Assembly (NCBI GenBank): GCA_947630305.1
Contig: CANRHC010000002.1
Coordinates: forward strand, 1 to 61,059
Direction: 5' to 3'
Length of the DNA stretch: 61,059 nt
From: an uncultured Bacilli bacterium
Lineage (GTDB): Bacteria; Bacillota_I; Bacilli_A; RF39; UBA660
Numbering within the stretch: the stretch's first letter is position 1; the number at the start of each line of letters is the position of its first letter. The translations under genes and the position numbers were made by a program. Below the pieces are notes generated by a model that saw only the letters and a program-made list of their open reading frames with translations, did no database searches and had not been told where the DNA came from. Shown one piece after another: positions 27,168 to 35,560 of the stretch.

Positions 27168-29318
27168 TTATATTTTATGAATATTAGCCCACCAACCTGT
27201 TCTTTTAGTAACAAGATTTGATACTTCTAATTTTTCTATTAATTCTTTATTTGATTGATATAATTGATCAAATCTTTGGATACCATTAGAACTGTTTTCT
27301 TCACAAGTAGATATAGCTGAAAATAATAATGCTATAAACATATTAATAATATCTGGTTTTGTTAATTCGGCATTTACATTATTCAATCTTTTAATATTAT
27401 CTGTTAATTTTTTCATTACATTATTAACTAATTCTTCATCACTTAGTGATCTATTTTCATTTTTTTTATTACATACAAGGAACATATCAAATGCAATTGA
27501 TTCTTTGCTAGAGGTATGTGCTCCTGTTCTTGATTCAGAATGAATAGGATAAGTAGTTGTTATTTTAAATCCAGAATCTATTAACGATTTATAGATTGAT
27601 TTCCAACCATTCAAATTTTTATCATGGTATGTAAAAGCCATGATTCCATCATCTTTTAAGACTCTACAACATTCTGAATATACATTTTTTAATCCATCTG
27701 AATATGATTCATGATTTTTATTTTTAAATTTATTTACTACAATTTCTTTTAATTTTGGTGTTAATGGCTCGTTAAATCCTAATTTTTCTTTAGCATAATC
27801 TGATAAATACAACCATGAATGAAAGAAATCAAGTAATTCAGAGTACATAACATTACCACTATATGGTGGATCAGTTAATATAATGTCAATATCTTTTTTC
27901 TGAATAAAACTTAAATTTTCTGAATTAGAGCAATTTATAAATGGTTTTTCTGAAGATAAATCACTATAATTAATTGCATTATTAAATAATACTTTATCAT
28001 TGGAATATACTTTTTTGGATTTTTCACTATCTGCATATATATCATAAATATTTTCTGAAAATTCTTTTCCTTTAATTATTTTATTTACTGTTTTAATAAA
28101 TGTACCTGTTCCTAAATTTGTTCCCCAAACGCAGTTTTCTGTAGGCATACATATTGGTACATATGCATGATTAAAAAAAATATTTGTTATTTTGGTTGCA
28201 TTTGCTTGGTAACGACAAAACATATTATTATTTTCTAATATGCCTGAAAAAGCAACAGTAAACCAAAACTTATTATTTTCATTTTCAATTTTATTAATTT
28301 CATCAAATAAAATACTTAAACACAATAATTGTCTTTTATTATATAAATCTGAAAATTTTTTATATCCGTGATTGATAATTTGATTTGTATTATATCCAAT
28401 TGGTATTTCTATATTAGGTATTTTTTTATGTTTATATTCAAAATCTTCACATGCTTTTTCATACAGTTTTATATCTTCTTTAGTAGGAGTTTTATAATCA
28501 TGCGTTTTACAATGTGGACAATAGTATTCTATTGCAACTATATCTGAAGCAAATGGGTATCCGTATTTATTTTTTAAATTTGTTAATGGTATACTTTTAT
28601 TATTTATTATTATATTACCATTTTTTATATTTGAATCGTTTTCTTTATTTAAAATAAATTGGCATTTTGGACACTCAAATTCATTATTTTTATTTTTTAA
28701 AGAATTAACTACTAGAGAACAATTAGGACAAACATAGATAATTTCTTTTTTTTTAATTGCAATAATATGACTTGAAAATAATCTTATTTTTTTGTTTTCT
28801 ATATTTAATACTTTTGTATGAAAGTTATACATCATATCTGCTTTATTATGACAAATAGGGCATTCAGTTTTATAATATTTTTTAATAAATTTACCTGCAG
28901 TTTCTTCTAACTTTTTTAAATCATTATTAAAACTTTTTTTATCAATTGGTAATATTTCTGCTAAAGTAACCATTTTTGAAATAGGTTGCAAATCATTCCC
29001 AATAACTTTTGCATTTAGTCTTAATGATTCGTATATTGTTGTTCCTCCGCCCATGAATGGGTCTAATATTTTAATATCATCATCTTTTAATTTACATTGA
29101 GTATAAAAGTTATCCCAGACATTATCATTTTTATCACTTAACATTGATAAAAGCATTAATCTAAAATTACAGGTAGTTCTTCTTGCAAAATATTTATGTA
29201 TAAAAAAAATCGGTTTTTTTCTACTAGCTTCTTTTCTACTAGTTTCATATATTTTGTCGAAAGGAAAGTCATAATATATATATGATTCATTTATTTTATG
29301 TTTTTTTAAAATTGTCAT
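27168..29318 (-). CDS. DNA methyltransferase (N6-adenine/N4-cytosine type) with a DUF1156-like N-terminus and a Zn-ribbon insert
   Basis: IHKYFARRTT (DUF1156-like H-x-[WY]-[WF]-A-R-R), AdoMet motif LDPFMGGGTT, catalytic ILTDPPYSGN, and four CxxC pairs at aa 153-270. Confidence 0.8.
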   Translation of the reverse strand: MTILKKHKINESYIYYDFPFDKIYETSRKEASRKKPIFFIHKYFARRTTCNFRLMLLSMLSDKNDNVWDNFYTQCKLKDDDIKILDPFMGGGTTIYESLRLNAKVIGNDLQPISKMVTLAEILPIDKKSFNNDLKKLEETAGKFIKKYYKTECPICHNKADMMYNFHTKVLNIENKKIRLFSSHIIAIKKKEIIYVCPNCSLVVNSLKNKNNEFECPKCQFILNKENDSNIKNGNIIINNKSIPLTNLKNKYGYPFASDIVAIEYYCPHCKTHDYKTPTKEDIKLYEKACEDFEYKHKKIPNIEIPIGYNTNQIINHGYKKFSDLYNKRQLLCLSILFDEINKIENENNKFWFTVAFSGILENNNMFCRYQANATKITNIFFNHAYVPICMPTENCVWGTNLGTGTFIKTVNKIIKGKEFSENIYDIYADSEKSKKVYSNDKVLFNNAINYSDLSSEKPFINCSNSENLSFIQKKDIDIILTDPPYSGNVMYSELLDFFHSWLYLSDYAKEKLGFNEPLTPKLKEIVVNKFKNKNHESYSDGLKNVYSECCRVLKDDGIMAFTYHDKNLNGWKSIYKSLIDSGFKITTTYPIHSESRTGAHTSSKESIAFDMFLVCNKKNENRSLSDEELVNNVMKKLTDNIKRLNNVNAELTKPDIINMFIALLFSAISTCEENSSNGIQRFDQLYQSNKELIEKLEVSNLVTKRTGWWANIHKI

Positions 29319-29423
29319 ATTCTACCCCATTTCATTTTATTTTAAAATTAAATAAACTAAAACATATATATTGTATCACATTATATTGATATATTGCTGA
29401 AAATTCTTTTTTAAAAAATATAA

Positions 29424-29446
29424 AAATGTCTTGTAAAAAGACATTT
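29424..29446 (-). terminator. terminator downstream of the tRNA
   Basis: AAATGTCTT, loop GTAAA, AAGACATTT: a perfect 9-bp stem with a T run on the minus strand. Confidence 0.55.
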
Positions 29447-29456
29447 TTTAACAATC

Positions 29457-29533
29457 TGGCGTCCCAGATAGGATTTGAACCTACGACGTTTCGCTTAGGA
29501 GGCGAACCCTCTATCCAACTGAGGTACTGGGAC
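29457..29533 (-). tRNA. tRNA-Arg (anticodon CCU), CCA encoded
   Basis: The reverse complement folds as a cloverleaf. Acceptor GUCCCAG/CUGGGAC, D stem CCUC/GAGG, anticodon stem UUCGC/GCGAA with loop CUCCUAA, T stem GUAGG/CCUAU with loop UUCAAAU, discriminator G, then CCA. Confidence 0.9.
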
Positions 29534-29643
29534 TTACAAACATTTTATCATTTAATTTTTAAAATGTAAATGTCTTCAAAAATGTAAGTTTGTCTTTTTA
29601 AAAAAAATTAAATATGTTATCATATATTTACGAGGTGGTATAA

Positions 29644-30582
29644 ATGAAAAAATTAAAAACTTTTTTAGCTTTTATTTTATCAATTATTTGTATTTGTTTG
29701 TTAATTGGTTTTACAGCTTGTTATACAATTAGTCACTATGTAAGTGGAGAAACGATTAAAAAAATGATTACTGATAATGATTTTAGTACAGTTTTAAATG
29801 ATCTTTATCAAGAAAATGAAGAAATATTAGAGGGTACTAAACAGGTATTTGAGGCTTTAAATATTCCAAGTGATGCGATAGAACAAGTTATAAATTCTGA
29901 TGCAACTAAAAATTTTATTGGTATTTATGCATCTAATACTGTTGATGCTTTATTTGGCAATGAAGAAGAAAAGGTTTTAACTAAAGAAGATTTAAAATCT
30001 TTAATTAAAGATAATTTAGATATTATTCAACAACAAATGCCTAGTGAAGAAAAAGAATTTTTAGAAAATTATGAAAATATAGCTTATGATTATATTGATG
30101 AACATGGTGATGAAATTATTTCTTATTTTCCAACACCTAAAGAAATCTTTGGTGAGGTTGATCAATCTAAAATTAAAGTATATAATGATATATCTTTAAA
30201 ACAGGTTATTGATTTTATTAATTTAATTACAAGTTTAAAATTTTTAATTATTTATTCTTTAATTATTTTATTTGTTTTGTTATTAATTTATTTGCTTAAA
30301 AGAAAAGTTAGATGGGCACGTTATTATACAGGGGTATTTACAACTTATTCTTTTATAATGATTTTTGTTGAAGTTATTTTATTGACTGTTATGAAAAGTA
30401 CAATAATGAATGAATTAGAAAGTTTTTCAACTATAGTTAATTATTTAATTAATGGTTTAAGTAAAACAATTTGGATGTTTATTATTCCATCATTAATTAT
30501 AGCAATTATTTGTTATTGTTTTTATAGAAAGAAAAAGGGGTTAATTAAAGATGAGAGTGTATCTTCTAAATTATCTGAATGA
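29644..30582 (+). CDS. membrane protein of unknown function
   Basis: N-terminal TM, a ~170-aa acidic soluble region, then 3-4 C-terminal TM helices. RBS GAGGTGG. Confidence 0.5.
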   Translation: MKKLKTFLAFILSIICICLLIGFTACYTISHYVSGETIKKMITDNDFSTVLNDLYQENEEILEGTKQVFEALNIPSDAIEQVINSDATKNFIGIYASNTVDALFGNEEEKVLTKEDLKSLIKDNLDIIQQQMPSEEKEFLENYENIAYDYIDEHGDEIISYFPTPKEIFGEVDQSKIKVYNDISLKQVIDFINLITSLKFLIIYSLIILFVLLLIYLLKRKVRWARYYTGVFTTYSFIMIFVEVILLTVMKSTIMNELESFSTIVNYLINGLSKTIWMFIIPSLIIAIICYCFYRKKKGLIKDESVSSKLSE

Positions 30583-30880
30583 AGTTCAAAAATTGTTAGA
30601 TAAAGAATATCTTACTAAAGATGATATTGAAAATTTAAAAACTAAAATTATGTTTTTTCAACATGAAAGATTAATTCATTTAATAGTTACTTTATTTTTT
30701 AGTTTATTTGCTTTGATTTTTATGATTTTAGGAGTTGTAAGTTATTATTTTTTAATAATTTTTGCTATTTTAATTGTATTTGTAATTTTATATATTTATC
30801 ATTATTTTTTCTTAGAGAAAAAAGTTCAGTATTTGTATACAATATATGATAAATTAAAAGAAAGTGAGTTGATTTTATGA
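30551..30880 (+). CDS. small two-TM membrane protein of unknown function
   Basis: 109 aa. RBS AAAGGGG. Its stop overlaps the tyrS start (ATGA at 30877-30880). Confidence 0.4.
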   Translation: MRVYLLNYLNEVQKLLDKEYLTKDDIENLKTKIMFFQHERLIHLIVTLFFSLFALIFMILGVVSYYFLIIFAILIVFVILYIYHYFFLEKKVQYLYTIYDKLKESELIL

Positions 30881-32097
30881 CATTATGGGAAGATTTAGAA
30901 TATCGTGGTTTAATTAAAGATGTAACTAATCCTTTATTAAAAGAAAAATTAAATGAAGGTGGTTTGTCTTTTTATATTGGAGCTGATCCTACAGCAGAAA
31001 GCTTACATATTGGTCAATTTTCAACTTTTTTAATGGTTGAGCGTTTAAAAAGGGCTGGGCATAAACCATATATTTTAGTTGGGGGAGCAACTGGAAGAGT
31101 TGGTGATCCAAGAGGTACTGGTGAAAGAGATAAAGCTGATGTTAAAGTTATTGAAAAAAATTTTGTTAAAATTAAAAAACAGATGCAAAAATTATTTGGT
31201 GAAGATGTAACTATAGTTAATAATTTTGATTGGTTTAAAGATATGAATTATATTGATTTTTTAAGAGATGTTGGTAAATATATTAATGTTAATTATATGT
31301 TAAATAAAGATTTAGTAAAACGTCAATTAGATATTGGTATTTCTTATGCTGAATTTTCTTATATGTTAATTCAAGGTTATGATTTTAAAAAGTTATTTGA
31401 AACGTATGGTGTTACTTTACAATTTGGTGGTTCTGACCAATGGGGTAATTTAACAACTGGAATTGAGTTAATTAGAAAATTAAATAATGAAGAAGTTTAT
31501 GCTTTTAGTATGCCTTTAACAACTGATTCTTCTGGTATGAAATTGGGTAAATCATATGGTAATGCATTATGGCTTGATAAAGAAATGACATCAAGTTATG
31601 AATTATATCAATATATGTTAAATTTTGAAGATGTTATGATGGAAGATTATTTAAAAAAGTTTACCTTTTTAAATAAAGAAGAAATTGATAATATTATGAG
31701 AGAACATAATGAAAAACCAGAACTTAGAATTGCCCAAAAAAGATTAGCCAAAGAAGTTATAACTTTCTTACATGGTGAAGAAGAATATAATCATGCTAAA
31801 GAAGTATCAGAATCATTATTTACTGGTAATGTTGCTAATTTAACCGATGATGAAATATTAAAAGTTTTTAAAGGAGTTCCAACCTTTAATTATCATGATG
31901 ATGAAATATTAATTGATTTATTAGTTAATAATAAAATTGTTTCGTCTAAAAGAGAGGCAAGAGAATTTTTTACTAATAATGCTATTAGTTTAAATGGTCA
32001 AATTGTCAATGATGAAAATATTAAATTAAATGTTAATCGTAAGTATAATATTGTCAGAAGAGGTAAGAAAAAGTATTTTATTTTTATTAAGTTATGA
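30877..32097 (+). CDS. tyrS: tyrosine--tRNA ligase
   Basis: GADPTAESLHIGQ (HIGH region), KLGKS (KMSKS region) and a C-terminal S4-like domain SSKREAREFF. Confidence 0.9.
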   Translation: MTLWEDLEYRGLIKDVTNPLLKEKLNEGGLSFYIGADPTAESLHIGQFSTFLMVERLKRAGHKPYILVGGATGRVGDPRGTGERDKADVKVIEKNFVKIKKQMQKLFGEDVTIVNNFDWFKDMNYIDFLRDVGKYINVNYMLNKDLVKRQLDIGISYAEFSYMLIQGYDFKKLFETYGVTLQFGGSDQWGNLTTGIELIRKLNNEEVYAFSMPLTTDSSGMKLGKSYGNALWLDKEMTSSYELYQYMLNFEDVMMEDYLKKFTFLNKEEIDNIMREHNEKPELRIAQKRLAKEVITFLHGEEEYNHAKEVSESLFTGNVANLTDDEILKVFKGVPTFNYHDDEILIDLLVNNKIVSSKREAREFFTNNAISLNGQIVNDENIKLNVNRKYNIVRRGKKKYFIFIKL

Positions 32098-32174
32098 TGT
32101 AAAGCTTCGTAAAAAATCATTGCATTTTTTAATTAAATAGAGTATTCTTAAAATATGAAAGGAATGGTAGAAAA

Positions 32175-32756
32175 ATGGAAAAAGAAAGAGGTTTTAAAAA
32201 CGCTATTATTTTATTGTTAGTTGTTGCCGTTTTAGGTTTATCAGTAGCTTTCGCATTATTTGAAAGTCAATTAACGGTTAATGGTACAGCTAAGGTTTTG
32301 TCATCAGGCAATAATTGGAATGTAAATTTTAGTGAGGTAAGTGCTGATCATGGTGGATATGCAACTTCTACTGCTGAGACATCTGATGATGCTAAGACTA
32401 CAATTACTTTTGATTGTTCTATCTCATCTAGTGAAGATAGTTGTACATTAAATGGTACTATTAAAAATAGTGGAAAAATTAATGCAAAGTATAAAGGATA
32501 TACTTTACAACTTGATTCTAGTTCAGTAAATGATGGTGTAACGGAAGTATCTAATGATGATATTAAAGTTACTTTAACTCCACCAGTTGGTTGGGTTAAA
32601 GATACTAAAGTTTTAAAAAATAATGATACTGGTTCATTTACGTTAACTGTAAATCCAGAAGACGGAATTACATTTAATGAAGGAACTAGTGGCGATGAAA
32701 CTTATACTATTACATTAACATTTGATTTTGAACAAGCTGATGCTTCTGCACCATGA
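32175..32756 (+). CDS. secreted small subunit 1 with a SipW-type signal (TasA-like fibre subunit candidate)
   Basis: Basic N-terminus, one TM, small-x-small site VAFA|LF, then LTVNGTAKV. The rest is rich in beta-type residues and ends YTITLTFDFEQ. Paralogous to 34990..35547. Confidence 0.55.
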   Translation: MEKERGFKNAIILLLVVAVLGLSVAFALFESQLTVNGTAKVLSSGNNWNVNFSEVSADHGGYATSTAETSDDAKTTITFDCSISSSEDSCTLNGTIKNSGKINAKYKGYTLQLDSSSVNDGVTEVSNDDIKVTLTPPVGWVKDTKVLKNNDTGSFTLTVNPEDGITFNEGTSGDETYTITLTFDFEQADASAP

Positions 32757-33883
32757 GAAAACAAAAAACTAGTAAATGGCTAAAAGCAATTCTTGCATTT
32801 ATTGCTTTTGGCACTTTTTCGTATTATTATTTAAATACTATTAATGTGCCTTATTTAAATTATATTTATGATGCTTATTGGTGTTTTTTGGCAGTTATAT
32901 CTTATTTTTTATTGGGATATAGTAAAAATCGTAATATCTTAAAAAAAGATGTAGTTCAAATTATAATAATATATACAATATTATATTTATTAATAAGTTA
33001 TCTTTTAGGATTATATACTGGTTTTGCTGCAACACCTTTGTCATTGAAATTAATTTCAATAATTAAAAATATATTACCAGTAGTCATTTTAATTTTTGCT
33101 CAAGAAATACTTAGGTTTATATTAGTTAAAAAATGTAATGGCAATCGAGTTTATTTAACTTTAACAACGTTAATGTTTGTTTCAAGTGAAATTGTAACGT
33201 ATTATTTTTTATATAATTTAAATAATTATAGTGAAGTTTTTGAATTTTTTGGTGTTAGTATTTTGGGAACAATCTTTAATAATATTTTATATACTTATAT
33301 AGTATATTATGTTGGTTATGTTCCCAATATATACTATCGTTTAATTATGGAATGTTATATTTATTTTGTTCCTTTTGTACCTAATTTTGGTATTTATTTG
33401 AATACAATATTTCATATAGTTTTACCGGTAATTATAACAATTCATTTAAGTCATTTTTTTGAAAAAGAAGAAAAGACTTATATTAAACATAAATATTATC
33501 GGATATATTATGCGATTTGTATTGTTTTTATTGGTTTAATTGTGTGTTTGACATCTGGTATTTTTCGTTATCAATTACTTGCTATTGCTTCTGATTCAAT
33601 GAATCCTTATTTTAAAAGAGGTGATGCGGTTTTAATTGATAAAAATGATAAGACTTTAGATGTGGATGATGTTATTGCATTTAAAAATGAAAAAAAAATT
33701 GTAGTTCATCGAATTATTAAAGTTAAGAAAATTAAAAATCAATATTATTATACTACTAAAGGTGATAATAATTATAATGATGATAATAATGAAATTGCTA
33801 GTGAAGATATTGTAGGAAAGGTTAATTATATTGTACCGATTATTGGTTATCCAACTGTTTGGTTGAGTGAAATAATGAATTAA
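32753..33883 (+). CDS. SipW-type (archaeal/ER-type S26B) signal peptidase I fused to an N-terminal ~8-TM domain
   Basis: The C-terminal 110 aa carry SDSMNPYFKRGDAVLI, VVHRII and TKGDNNYNDD, the signature boxes of SipW-like peptidases. About 260 aa of polytopic membrane sequence precede them. Confidence 0.75.
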   Translation: MRKQKTSKWLKAILAFIAFGTFSYYYLNTINVPYLNYIYDAYWCFLAVISYFLLGYSKNRNILKKDVVQIIIIYTILYLLISYLLGLYTGFAATPLSLKLISIIKNILPVVILIFAQEILRFILVKKCNGNRVYLTLTTLMFVSSEIVTYYFLYNLNNYSEVFEFFGVSILGTIFNNILYTYIVYYVGYVPNIYYRLIMECYIYFVPFVPNFGIYLNTIFHIVLPVIITIHLSHFFEKEEKTYIKHKYYRIYYAICIVFIGLIVCLTSGIFRYQLLAIASDSMNPYFKRGDAVLIDKNDKTLDVDDVIAFKNEKKIVVHRIIKVKKIKNQYYYTTKGDNNYNDDNNEIASEDIVGKVNYIVPIIGYPTVWLSEIMN

Positions 33884-33888
33884 GAAGG

Positions 33889-34989
33889 GTGATAAAAATG
33901 TTTAATCTACTGAGTTTAAAACGAGTGAATAATATTAAAGTTACTAAAAGTATGACGATTAAAGTAATTGTTTTGTATTTATTAATTTTAGGATTAGGCA
34001 TTTTTTCCGTTTCTATTTTTGTTAGAGGTATAAAAAATAAAAAAGAATATCAGTTTAAATATCAAGAACAAACTAAATTAGATTATAAAGTTGAATTAAA
34101 AGAAAATGAGTATTTTGAAACTCCTGTTTTAGAATCTGGTGGTAATTATATTTCTTCTTTGATTAATAAGATTATTGTTGATTTTAATTATGATTTAACA
34201 TCAAATGATTTAATTGATGGTAGTTATGATTATAAGATTGTGGCAACTATGGAAGCAAAAGAAAAAGGCAAGAATGCTATAGTATGGAGTAAAGATACAA
34301 CCTTATATGAATCTGAAGAGAGTAATTTTACTGATTCAAATAATATTGATTTTGCTACTCAAATAGAAGTTGATTATAATAATTTTAATATGACGATGAA
34401 TGATTTTAGAAGAGCATATGGTTTGTCAATTGATGGAAGTTTAACGGTTAGTTTAATTGTTAATAGTAGATTAAATCATGATATGAGTACCGAAAATATT
34501 CCAAATGAAAATAAATCATCTATTACAATTCCATTAATGGAAGATACAACTGAAATTAATATGAATTATAATCCTTTAACATCTAAGGAAAATACCATTG
34601 AATATAAAGGTAATGTTGTTCTTCATTATGTTTTAATTATATGTGGCGTGATATTGTTTATATATTATTTATATATGAGTTATTGTTTAGTTGCTCTTAT
34701 TTATGAGATTTTAGTTAATCAAGATAAATATACTAAAAAAATTAATAAATTATTTCATGATTATGATGAAATAATTGTTAAGGTTAAAACTTATCCGGAA
34801 ATAAATAATAAAAATATTTTACAAGTAGATAATTTTGAAGAATTATTAGATGTTAATGTAAGTTTAAAAAAGCCAATTATTTATTATGAGGTTAAGAAAA
34901 ATCGCGAGTCACGTTTTTTGATTATCGATGATGATCGGGTATTTATGTATGTAATTCGTTATACTGATTTTTATAAAAGAGGGGATTAA
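33889..34989 (+). CDS. bitopic membrane accessory protein (possibly DUF5305-like)
   Basis: TM at about aa 25-45, a ~200-aa external domain, a second TM at about aa 243-272, and a ~95-aa cytoplasmic tail. The DUF assignment is from memory only. Confidence 0.4.
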   Translation: MIKMFNLLSLKRVNNIKVTKSMTIKVIVLYLLILGLGIFSVSIFVRGIKNKKEYQFKYQEQTKLDYKVELKENEYFETPVLESGGNYISSLINKIIVDFNYDLTSNDLIDGSYDYKIVATMEAKEKGKNAIVWSKDTTLYESEESNFTDSNNIDFATQIEVDYNNFNMTMNDFRRAYGLSIDGSLTVSLIVNSRLNHDMSTENIPNENKSSITIPLMEDTTEINMNYNPLTSKENTIEYKGNVVLHYVLIICGVILFIYYLYMSYCLVALIYEILVNQDKYTKKINKLFHDYDEIIVKVKTYPEINNKNILQVDNFEELLDVNVSLKKPIIYYEVKKNRESRFLIIDDDRVFMYVIRYTDFYKRGD

Positions 34990-35547
34990 ATGCATCATAA
35001 AAAGAAATTAAGAAGTATAATTATTGTCATTTTACTTATTTTAGTTGGTACTTTAACAATTGCTTATTCTGGTTTTACTCAAGTTTTAACTATAAATGGT
35101 ACAGCTAAGGTTATTAATCAAGGAACTTGGGATTTAGTTTTTGAAAACATTTCGACAATGAATACAACTGGTTATGCTACTGGAACAAGAAGTAGAGATG
35201 AAACTGAAAAAAATATTGTTTTTTCTTGTGAATTCGTTGCTTATGGCGATTCCTGTTCTTTTACGGCTAATTTAAGTAATCGTGGAACAATAGATGCTGT
35301 TTTAAAAAGTTATGAGATTATTATTACGGAAAATGGTAGTGAAGTTTATCGTGGTACAAATACTAATTTTGTCGATGAAACAATTACTGTTGATTTTACT
35401 AATAGTTTAGATGTTAATCAAACTATTGCATCTGGTGTTAAAAAGCAAGTTGGCATTTCGGTAACTTTAAATCCTGATGCTTATGCTACAGCTACTGATA
35501 ATTATTCCATAAGAATTTCATATAATTTTGAACAAGTTGCAAAATAG
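34990..35547 (+). CDS. secreted small subunit 2 with a SipW-type signal (paralogue of 32175..32756)
   Basis: IAYS|GF cleavage-like site, then LTINGTAKV. Ends YSIRISYNFEQ. Confidence 0.55.
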   Translation: MHHKKKLRSIIIVILLILVGTLTIAYSGFTQVLTINGTAKVINQGTWDLVFENISTMNTTGYATGTRSRDETEKNIVFSCEFVAYGDSCSFTANLSNRGTIDAVLKSYEIIITENGSEVYRGTNTNFVDETITVDFTNSLDVNQTIASGVKKQVGISVTLNPDAYATATDNYSIRISYNFEQVAK

Positions 35548-35560
35548 AAAGGAAAAAAAG

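Noticed and set aside
24480-29456. Integrase-mediated genomic island inserted at the 3' end of tRNA-Arg.
   Set aside because: There is no integrase or recombinase ORF. I could find no direct repeat of the tRNA 3' segment (GGATTTGAACC...) at the distal side. I therefore call it only an accessory junction.
29534-29643. GAGGTGGTA just before the 29644 start resembles the T-box GGUGGUA core, suggesting a tyrS T-box leader.
   Set aside because: It sits at RBS distance from the ATG. It is not followed by ACCGCG or a terminator/antiterminator pair, and 110 nt is too short for stem I plus the specifier loop.
32753-33540. AQEILRF in the N-terminal membrane domain of the SipW fusion looked like the CPBP/Abi protease EExxxR motif.
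   Set aside because: The spacing is wrong (Q-E-I-L-R, not E-E-x-x-x-R). I could not find the paired FxxxH / HxxxN motifs, so no protease call is made for that domain.
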